In this document: one piece after another, positions 32,971 through 40,220 of the stretch
Layout of the letters: the number at the start of each line of letters is the position of its first letter
How positions within the stretch are numbered: the stretch's first letter is position 1
Virus record (IMG/VR): IMGVR_UViG_3300042505_001288
DNA: 64,000 bases
Strand: one strand, 5' to 3'
Source of the DNA: an uncultured virus (IMG/VR IMGVR_UViG_3300042505_001288)
Taxonomy: Duplodnaviria; Heunggongvirae; Uroviricota; Caudoviricetes
Position numbers and translations under genes: made by a program
Notes under the pieces: generated by a model
The model's input: only the letters and a program-made list of their open reading frames with translations
What the model was told of the DNA's origin: nothing
The model's database searches: none

Positions 32971-32999
32971 TTGACTTATGGTTTAACAGATGTTATAAT
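32971..32999 (+). promoter_or_regulatory. Sigma70 promoter for gp47/gp46
   Basis: TTGACT(32971)-17 nt-TATAAT(32994) with TGn. Confidence 0.85.
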
Positions 33000-33006
33000 G
33001 TCCTTT

Positions 33007-33014
33007 TATTTATA
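33007..33014 (-). promoter_or_regulatory. T4-type late promoter (TATAAATA) for the HNH gene
   Basis: Exact TATAAATA on the minus strand ~107 nt upstream of the HNH ATG. Confidence 0.65.
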
Positions 33015-33031
33015 AATTCCAAGGATGGACA

Positions 33032-34042
33032 ATGAACTTATTCCACAAAGCAGCCTGTTTCACGGATATTCATTACGGCGCTAAAAGCAATAGTGAAATA
33101 CACAATCAAGATTGTTTAGATTTTACTAAATGGTTTATAGAAGTTTCTAAACAACAAAATTGTGAAACTTGTATAATTCTAGGTGATTATCACAATAATA
33201 GATCAACAATAAATACACGGACATTAGATTATATGCTTAAAAGTTTTGAATTGTTAAGCACTGCGTTTGAAAACACTTATATAATCCAAGGAAACCATGA
33301 TTTATTTTTTAAAGATAAACGTGATATCTCCAGTATAAAATGGGCATCCCATATAAAAAATATACATGTAATAGAAAAAGTTTCTTCTATTGGTAATGTA
33401 ACATTATGTCCTTGGTTGGTCGGGGATGAATGGAAATTACTTAACAAAATAAGTGGAAAATACATTTTTGGTCATTTTGAATTACCATCATTCTTTATGA
33501 ATTCTCTCGTCCAAATGCCAGATCACGGTGAAATTAGCTTGGAACAATTCCAAAACTATGAACTTGGATTTAGTGGACATTTTCATAAAAGACAAAATCG
33601 TGGAAATATGCATTATATTGGTAATGCATTTCCCCATAATTATGCAGATACGTGGGATGATGATCGTGGGATGATGATTTTAGAATGGGGTGGACAACCA
33701 GAATATCATGCATGGCCTAACCAGCCGACATTTAGAACTGTAAAACTTAGTCAATTAATTGATGATGCTGATAAAATTCTAAAACCAAAACAACATTTAA
33801 GAGTTACATTAGACATTGATATTAGTTTTGAAGAAGCTAGTTTTATTAAAGAAAAATATGTTGGTGATTATAGACTGCGTGAATTAACACTAATCGCTGA
33901 GAAAAAAGCAGTTGAAATTAATACAGATATCGATGTTCAAGCATTTGAAAGTATTGATACTATTGTAGCAAACCAAATCGTGAGTATCGAGTCAGATACT
34001 TTTAACAAAAACACTTTATTAGAAATTTATAACGGATTATGA
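33032..34042 (+). CDS. 47: Recombination endonuclease subunit (gp47, Mre11/SbcD-like)
   Basis: Metallophosphoesterase motifs DIHYG, GDYHN, GNHD, GHFE and SGHFH. Confidence 0.92.
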   Translation: MNLFHKAACFTDIHYGAKSNSEIHNQDCLDFTKWFIEVSKQQNCETCIILGDYHNNRSTINTRTLDYMLKSFELLSTAFENTYIIQGNHDLFFKDKRDISSIKWASHIKNIHVIEKVSSIGNVTLCPWLVGDEWKLLNKISGKYIFGHFELPSFFMNSLVQMPDHGEISLEQFQNYELGFSGHFHKRQNRGNMHYIGNAFPHNYADTWDDDRGMMILEWGGQPEYHAWPNQPTFRTVKLSQLIDDADKILKPKQHLRVTLDIDISFEEASFIKEKYVGDYRLRELTLIAEKKAVEINTDIDVQAFESIDTIVANQIVSIESDTFNKNTLLEIYNGL

Positions 34043-35817
34043 GTATAACCATTAAAGAATTAACCGTCAAGAATTTTATGTCGGTTGGTAATCAGACACA
34101 GGCAGTAAACTTCACAGCAGAAAATTTAACACTAGTTCTAGGTGAAAACCTAGATCAAGGTGGTGATGATTCTGGCTCAAGAAATGGTACTGGAAAAACT
34201 ACCATCGTTAATGCATTAAGTTTTGCATTGTATGGTGTTGCATTAACCAATATTAAAAAAGATAACTTAATTAATAAAATCAATAATAAAAATATGTTGG
34301 TTACATTAACATTATCTAAAGATGGTACTGATTATAAGATTGAACGTGGTAGAAAACCTGCTATATTAAACTTTATTAATGTTAGTGATCCAATAAAAAA
34401 TCAAGAAAGTGATAGTCAAGGGGAATCAAAAGATACTCAAGAAGATATCAACGATTTATTAGGAATGAGCCATGATATGTTTAAGCATATCTTAGCATTG
34501 AATACCTATTCTGAACCGTTTTTATCAATGAGAGCTGGTGATCAACGTGCCATAATTGAACAACTGTTAGGTATTACCCTGTTAAGTGAAAAAGCAGATA
34601 CCCTTGGAAAAGAGATTAAGAAAACTAAAGACTTGATATTCCAAGAAAAAGCAAACCTAGAAGCCACACAGAAAGCCAATGAAAAAATTCAACAAAGTAT
34701 TGATACATTGGTGATGAGTCAACGTGCTTGGAATGCTAAACACAAGGCTGATTTAGAGAAAATTGCTAAATCCATAGTAGAACTTGAAAGCCTTAATATT
34801 GAAAAAGAAATTCAAGCACATTCAGATGTTAAAATTTATAACGAACAATATGCTAAAATTAAAAGCTTGTCAAAAGAAAAGGCAACCTTGGATTCTGCAA
34901 TCACACAAGCATATAAAACATTATCCAAATATGTGAATGATTATGAAACATTACAATCAAAAAAATGTCCAGCATGTGATCAAGATTTACATGACCACAA
35001 ACATGATGAAATGATAGCAACTGCTAATACTAATGTTATTGAATCTCAAAAATATTACGATAAAGTAGTATCGGAATTAACTTTAATTTCAGATGAATTA
35101 TCGAGCATTCAAAATATAGGATTACAACCTGAAACATTTTATGATACATTAGAAGAAGCACTTAAACACCAGAATAATTTGTCAACATTAACAGCCCAAT
35201 TAAATGTGAAAGCCGTTGAAGTCAACCCATATGATGATCAAATCATTGAATTGAAAAGTGAAGCATTACAAGAAATTAATTGGGATATTATCAACGATTT
35301 GAATAAACTAAAAGATCACCAAGATTTTTTACAAAAACTATTGACTAATAAAGATAGTTTTATTCGTAAAAAAATCATTGATCAAAACTTATCGTATTTG
35401 AATAATCGATTAACTTATTACTTAGATAAAATGGGTTTACCACATACTGTAGTATTTCAAAATGATTTATCGGTTGAAATTACACAACTTGGTCAGGAGT
35501 TAGATTTTTTTAATCTTAGTCGAGGAGAAATGACTAGAGTTACTCTAGGGCTAAGTTTCGCATTCCGCGATGTTTACGAAAGCTTGTATTCATCTATTAG
35601 TTTATTGTTCATCGATGAATTAGTTGATAATGGATTGGATGCAAATGGTGTAGAAAATGCAATCGGTATTATGAAAAAAATTGCAAGAGAACGAAACAAA
35701 AATGTATTTTTGATTAGTCATAAAGATGAATTAGCAAGCAGAGTTAATAATGTATTAAAAGTTGTTAAGGAAAATGGTTATACTTCATACGCAACCGACC
35801 TTGAAATTATAGAATAA
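34039..35817 (+). CDS. 46: Recombination ATPase subunit (gp46, Rad50/SbcC-like)
   Basis: KNFMSVGN, Walker A NGTGKT, CPAC zinc hook, LSRGE signature, LLFIDE Walker B, ISHK H-loop. Confidence 0.93.
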   Translation: MSITIKELTVKNFMSVGNQTQAVNFTAENLTLVLGENLDQGGDDSGSRNGTGKTTIVNALSFALYGVALTNIKKDNLINKINNKNMLVTLTLSKDGTDYKIERGRKPAILNFINVSDPIKNQESDSQGESKDTQEDINDLLGMSHDMFKHILALNTYSEPFLSMRAGDQRAIIEQLLGITLLSEKADTLGKEIKKTKDLIFQEKANLEATQKANEKIQQSIDTLVMSQRAWNAKHKADLEKIAKSIVELESLNIEKEIQAHSDVKIYNEQYAKIKSLSKEKATLDSAITQAYKTLSKYVNDYETLQSKKCPACDQDLHDHKHDEMIATANTNVIESQKYYDKVVSELTLISDELSSIQNIGLQPETFYDTLEEALKHQNNLSTLTAQLNVKAVEVNPYDDQIIELKSEALQEINWDIINDLNKLKDHQDFLQKLLTNKDSFIRKKIIDQNLSYLNNRLTYYLDKMGLPHTVVFQNDLSVEITQLGQELDFFNLSRGEMTRVTLGLSFAFRDVYESLYSSISLLFIDELVDNGLDANGVENAIGIMKKIARERNKNVFLISHKDELASRVNNVLKVVKENGYTSYATDLEIIE

Positions 35818-35837
35818 ATTATTTTTTCGAATTTATT

Positions 35838-35876
35838 AAAATAGGGCTTGACAAGCCCTATTTTTTTGTGTATAAT
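35838..35876 (+). promoter_or_regulatory. Overlapping terminator-like hairpin and sigma70 promoter
   Basis: AAAATAGGGCTTG-A-CAAGCCCTATTTT inverted repeat plus T-run; TTGACA(35848)-17 nt-TATAAT(35871). Confidence 0.85.
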
Positions 35877-35883
35877 GCTTTGT

Positions 35884-36237
35884 ATGGGTAGAAAAGTTGA
35901 ACCAAAACAAGATTACGCACCGAGAGTTTATAGCTGGCAGTTAGAGCAGATTCCAACTGATGATGAAATTCACGATAAATTAATTCATGCTTTCCAACAA
36001 TATTATAAAGCTAATTTGCATTGGATCCAAGCCGGTACTAAACGTTCTGGCCAAGATGCAAGATATTGGTTAAATGAAATTAACATCCTTTCTAAACAAC
36101 AACGTAAAGTTATTTTAGAATGGCTTAATAAAATTAAAGATAAAACCAATAAAGATAGAAGTTTTAAATCAACTTCTAGAAAACAACGTAAACTTTTACA
36201 GATTCAAGGTAGGGTGAACCCATCGGAAGATAACTAA
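35884..36237 (+). CDS. Small basic helical protein, possibly nucleic-acid binding
   Basis: The track start (TTG 35848) lies inside the -35 box, so ATG 35884 is more plausible. GTKRSGQDARYWLNEI weakly recalls the KAAGxRARK motif of small histone-H1-like proteins. Confidence 0.55.
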   Translation: MGRKVEPKQDYAPRVYSWQLEQIPTDDEIHDKLIHAFQQYYKANLHWIQAGTKRSGQDARYWLNEINILSKQQRKVILEWLNKIKDKTNKDRSFKSTSRKQRKLLQIQGRVNPSEDN

Positions 36238-36304
36238 ATAATTCCACCAATATAACTTCCAAAGATAAATACATTTATTATAAAATAGTATATTGGAGGT
36301 TATA

Positions 36305-37486
36305 ATGGATTATGGACACTGGTTATTTAATGTTGAATTTACTACTGATGAATGGTTCGGTTTTATCTATAAAATTACAGAACTTGATACTGGGCGTGAA
36401 TATATTGGTAAGAAACAATTTTTTAATACTACTCGAAAAATTGTTAAAGGTAAGAAAAATAGAAAAAAAGTAATTTCTGAATCAAATTGGAAAGTTTATA
36501 CAGGTTCATCTGAGCATCTAAATTCTCAAATTAGTATAAAAGGTAAAGAAAATTACAAATTTGAAATATTATCATTACACGATTCAAAAGGATCATTACA
36601 TTACGCTGAAGTAGAATACCAAATTACACACAATGTCCTCCGGGAATTATTAGATGATGGAATTACAAAAAAATACTTTAATAGAGCAGTTGCAGGTGTT
36701 AAATTTATTCCACCGGTAGAATCTGTTGATGAAACTAGAATAGCAATCAGTAAAATTCTAACAGGAGATAATTATACAATAGCGAAAATGACTGTTGCTG
36801 ATTATGAAAAGTGGTTGGATGAGAATTTAAGAGGTGAACATAACCCAATGTTTGGTAAAATCCCTCATAATAAGAATAAGACATTTGAAGAATTATATGG
36901 TGTTGAAAAAGCAGCCAGGTTAAAAAAAATGTTAAGCAATTATGCAAAGCAACAATTTTTAAATGGTAAAATGAATCATGGTAAACATTCTGATGAAACT
37001 AAAGAAAAATTGAGACAGGCAAATATAGGCAAACACAAAGGAAAAAATAATAATATGTATGGTAAGCCATGTTACCATAAAATGGATGAAAAACAAATCG
37101 AGGCTTGGAAAGAAAACATAAGTAAAGCAACAAAGGGTAAAAAATTATCAGACACCCATAAAGCTGCAATGAAAAAAAATTGGGATAATAACCCAATTAG
37201 AAAAAAAGAATGTGCGATTCGTCGTTCTGAAATGAATAAAATGTTAAGCGACGAACATAAAAACGCAACCCGGAATTCAAATATAAAACGTGGATATGAG
37301 ACTACTAGAAAAAAAGTAGAAAATGATTTAGAAAGATATATTAATATCACTAGATTATTGAATAATGGTAGATTAGTAAAAGATATTGCTATTGAGACCG
37401 ATTCCACGTATAGATTAGTTTGGATCATTTCGAAAAAAATAGAATATTATGTATCTATAATAAATGATATTAAAGGCACACAATAG
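36305..37486 (+). CDS. GIY-YIG (Seg-like) endonuclease with NUMOD3-type repeats and a C-terminal HTH-like end
   Basis: FGFIYKITELDTGREYIGKKQF...WKVYTGSS; repeats GEHNPMFGK, HSDETKEKLRQA, GKNNNMYGK, KGKKLSDTHK. GGAGG SD before ATG 36305; ATAAATA motif at 36265. Confidence 0.8.
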   Translation: MDYGHWLFNVEFTTDEWFGFIYKITELDTGREYIGKKQFFNTTRKIVKGKKNRKKVISESNWKVYTGSSEHLNSQISIKGKENYKFEILSLHDSKGSLHYAEVEYQITHNVLRELLDDGITKKYFNRAVAGVKFIPPVESVDETRIAISKILTGDNYTIAKMTVADYEKWLDENLRGEHNPMFGKIPHNKNKTFEELYGVEKAARLKKMLSNYAKQQFLNGKMNHGKHSDETKEKLRQANIGKHKGKNNNMYGKPCYHKMDEKQIEAWKENISKATKGKKLSDTHKAAMKKNWDNNPIRKKECAIRRSEMNKMLSDEHKNATRNSNIKRGYETTRKKVENDLERYINITRLLNNGRLVKDIAIETDSTYRLVWIISKKIEYYVSIINDIKGTQ

Positions 37487-37930
37487 GTATCATCAGGCAA
37501 TTTAACCGAACACTCTAAGGCACACTCTAAGGCAACTCTAGGCTCCACACTTCTGAAATACTCGCACAGGTAGATTGATATGTGCCGTTGGCAATGGAAT
37601 GTTCTTCGCATTGAGCGCAACAACTGAGCAGAAGCAGTGACTTTTTCGACTACCTACACCTTGTGTTGTAGATGATGATTGGATACGCCTTCCGTAAAAC
37701 CAATTTCGAAAATTTGAACAAATGAAAAAAGGCTAAATGACTGGGTAATTCCCAGACGTAATAGGAATTTGACTAGAGTATTTTCCTATTGCCACCGTTG
37801 GACATCAGAAACAAAAACGCACTTCGAGGTAACGGCCAACCGCCTCTGTAATAGTGTAACTCTAGGTAATGAAGTAACTCAAATGAGAATTTATTATTTT
37901 TTGCTCCCTTCGGGGGGCAAAATGTGTAAA
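37487..37930 (+). ncRNA. Candidate large structured non-coding RNA (unassigned family)
   Basis: No ORF in the track and visibly GC-richer than the flanks. At least 8 stems, two loop-to-distal complementarities and a terminal C(UUCG)G hairpin at 37899-37922. Confidence 0.6.
37510..37543 (+). repeat. Tandem 12-bp repeat (2 perfect copies + 1 degenerate)
   Basis: ACACTCTAAGGC ACACTCTAAGGC AACTCTAGGC. Confidence 0.9.
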
Positions 37931-38006
37931 TCATAATCTAAATGAGTATAGCACATATACATTACTTTTGATAATAAGAGAACAGTGAAGAGCGATAGCG
38001 ATGAAC

Positions 38007-38024
38007 AGGGGAACATGTTCCCCT
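38007..38024. repeat. Perfect 18-bp palindrome
   Basis: AGGGGAACATGTTCCCCT, just upstream of the ATAAATA motif at 38032. Confidence 0.9.
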
Positions 38025-38059
38025 CCTATGAATAAATATATTATTGACGGATTAATAAA

Positions 38060-39124
38060 ATGAAAGTATATGAAATTGTTAGTACAAATAAAGAATTAAA
38101 TGAAGGACTCAAATCAAAAATATTTGGTGGTGCACTCGATGCAATTATGAATGTTCTTGGTAAGGGATCTGCTAAACAACACCTTGATGATTTATCTCGG
38201 TTTGTTCGGTCAAATGGGAAGCTTGATATTGATTCAATAAGAAATACTAGAAAGTATGGAAATTTTGTTGCTGATAAACTTGAAAGTGACCCTAAATTAG
38301 TTAAGCAAATAGAAAAGATAGCAAGTAATAAGATAAGCAATGCTACTTTTACAAAAAATGTAGCAGAACTTAAAGCAATTACATCTAAAATAAAAACTGC
38401 AGCTGGATCTTTACTTTGGGCAATTGATTCTGCAGCACAATTATATATTGGATTTAAAGGATTATATGAACCAATTGCAACATATTATAGCAATATTGAA
38501 ATTGCTGAAGAGCGATACTTAGATACTGGTAAATGGACACCTGAAGAATTTAATACATATCATAGACGTGAAGCTGGTGCATTGGTTGGTAAATTAACAG
38601 CCAATATAGTTGCTTTTACTGCATCCAGAATACCAGGCGCTATTGTAAAAACTGTTTTAGTAAGATTATCGAAGATATTAGGTAAAGCTGGTAATATTGG
38701 CCCATTAGAAACTATTATTTCTGGTATGAATACAGCTGCTGCTGCTGCTGCAATACAATGGATTAATAACGAACATAATGCATCAATTATTGCTAATTTG
38801 TTAGCGAAACCATTGATAGCTGACATATCAGCGAATGATATAGCTGGTGGTGCTATTACTACAGTAATTGATGCTTTTAAGGGTATTAGCAATCAATCAA
38901 CCAGTAGTAATATCAGTGGAATTCCATCTAGTGATGCTGCAATTGGAAATAACAGTAGTACAGAACCAAATAATACTGCATCCACACCAGTTAGTACACA
39001 AACACCAGCTGCAACTGGATCGGGATCACCCGCAGCGTATAATCCTGATGATTGGGAATATTATACGCCATCCTTGGTTAAAAATAAGAAAACTGGTGAG
39101 ATTAATTTCAAGCAATCAAATTAA
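38060..39124 (+). CDS. Hypothetical late protein, possibly head-internal/ejected
   Basis: 354-aa ORF after a late-promoter motif; helical with hydrophobic stretches and a Ser/Thr/Pro-rich tail. Confidence 0.6.
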   Translation: MKVYEIVSTNKELNEGLKSKIFGGALDAIMNVLGKGSAKQHLDDLSRFVRSNGKLDIDSIRNTRKYGNFVADKLESDPKLVKQIEKIASNKISNATFTKNVAELKAITSKIKTAAGSLLWAIDSAAQLYIGFKGLYEPIATYYSNIEIAEERYLDTGKWTPEEFNTYHRREAGALVGKLTANIVAFTASRIPGAIVKTVLVRLSKILGKAGNIGPLETIISGMNTAAAAAAIQWINNEHNASIIANLLAKPLIADISANDIAGGAITTVIDAFKGISNQSTSSNISGIPSSDAAIGNNSSTEPNNTASTPVSTQTPAATGSGSPAAYNPDDWEYYTPSLVKNKKTGEINFKQSN

Positions 39125-39348
39125 TGGTAGTTGAGTTTTTTTAGTATTTTCAATATTTTCTTTAATAATATTGTACATAATATCTCGATCTTCTGAGGTG
39201 TATCTATCCATTAAATCATTTACGGATACACCTCCTCTCATATACCAACTTACCTTGAAATAATCTTCTTTAAGATGTTTAATTTCTTCATCTAGCCTAA
39301 CTAGATATTCATTTATTTCTTCAGATGATAATCCAATTAGGCGTTGTC
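39116..39348 (-). CDS. Start-less gp51-like ORF, probably the -1 frameshift extension of the gp26-like gene
   Basis: Not in the track. The -1 frame reads RQRLIGLSSEEINEYLVRLDEEIKHLKEDYFKVSWYMRGGVSVNDLMDRYTSEDRDIMYNIIKENIENTKKTQLPLI* (TGA 39118-39116). Confidence 0.7.
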
Positions 39349-40161
39349 GAAAAAATTTGAATAATCTAAATCTATATTAAGAAGTGCGTCTTTACCACAC
39401 TCGCATTGTACTGACATTGGTGGAATATTCCATTTTTGTTTTGTATTTTCAATTTGTTTTTTTATAGCATCTGTGATTTCTTTATCACAATTCTCGATCC
39501 ATTCTAAAATATAACCACGTTCAGATACTGTCATATCAGTAGTTTGAACTGAATCAATACTGGCAACATATGAGTCTCTTTGGATCTCAGCCAATTCAAT
39601 CCATAATGCATTAATTGATTCTTGTTGTTCTTCTTTTGATTCTAGGTTTTCTACTTGTGATAATTTCTGTCTTAATTCAAAATTCTTGATATTAAAATCA
39701 GTAAATTGTTTATAACTAAATGGTTTGGTTTTTATAATTAAATCTCTAATTACTATTTTATTATCATACTTACATGACATAAAATGATCTATTATGGTTG
39801 ATAAATCTACTGTATATTCATTTATCTCACCACATGCTTTGCATACATGACCAATAGTCATATCATTACCAAATGTTGCAATTTTAATCGCAGCAAAAAT
39901 TAATTCACTATCCAAGGTTGAAATATCCCACCCATCTTTAATAGATGGACAACAGCTTTGAATAATTTTCACAGAACTTTCACCTGATAATAATGCATCA
40001 GGGGTTTTTGCAATAATTTCGTCCATGCCAGTCATACCATATACTGGCAATCTATCTGCTGGGCCATCAATTGTCCCAACTCTATTGTAAATTCCTTTAC
40101 TAGGTAAATCGATGAAAATCTTTGGTTGTCTAAAATAATTCTGTAATGGATTTGCTGCCAT
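39337..40161 (-). CDS. Baseplate hub assembly protein (T4 gp26-like)
   Basis: NPLQNYFRQPKIFIDLPS, MTGMDEIIAKTPDALLSG, D.ELIFAAIKIATFG, CKAC and CECG Cys pairs, terminal LDYSNFF. Confidence 0.75.
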   Translation of the reverse strand: MAANPLQNYFRQPKIFIDLPSKGIYNRVGTIDGPADRLPVYGMTGMDEIIAKTPDALLSGESSVKIIQSCCPSIKDGWDISTLDSELIFAAIKIATFGNDMTIGHVCKACGEINEYTVDLSTIIDHFMSCKYDNKIVIRDLIIKTKPFSYKQFTDFNIKNFELRQKLSQVENLESKEEQQESINALWIELAEIQRDSYVASIDSVQTTDMTVSERGYILEWIENCDKEITDAIKKQIENTKQKWNIPPMSVQCECGKDALLNIDLDYSNFFDNA

Positions 40162-40173
40162 TAATATCTCCTG

Positions 40174-40194
40174 ATAAATATAAGAGTATTTATA
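40174..40194. promoter_or_regulatory. Pair of opposed late promoters
   Basis: ATAAATA on + at 40174-40180 and TATAAATA on - at 40194-40187, between divergent genes. Confidence 0.7.
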
Positions 40195-40220
40195 TACTCA
40201 TATTTTTGGAATTTTTTATT

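Noticed and set aside
37510..37543. Possible CRISPR mini-array
   Set aside because: The repeats are 12 bp and directly abutting with no spacers; no cas genes in the window.
37487..38030. tRNA, tmRNA, RNase P RNA or a classical group I/II intron
   Set aside because: No cloverleaf/T-loop with CCA end, no RNase P GAGGAAAGTCC motif, no GTGCG start or domain V recognised, and no interrupted host gene. Judged by eye only; a covariance-model search is still needed.
38733..38752. (GCT)n microsatellite
   Set aside because: A short in-frame poly-Ala codon run; no sign of phase variation.
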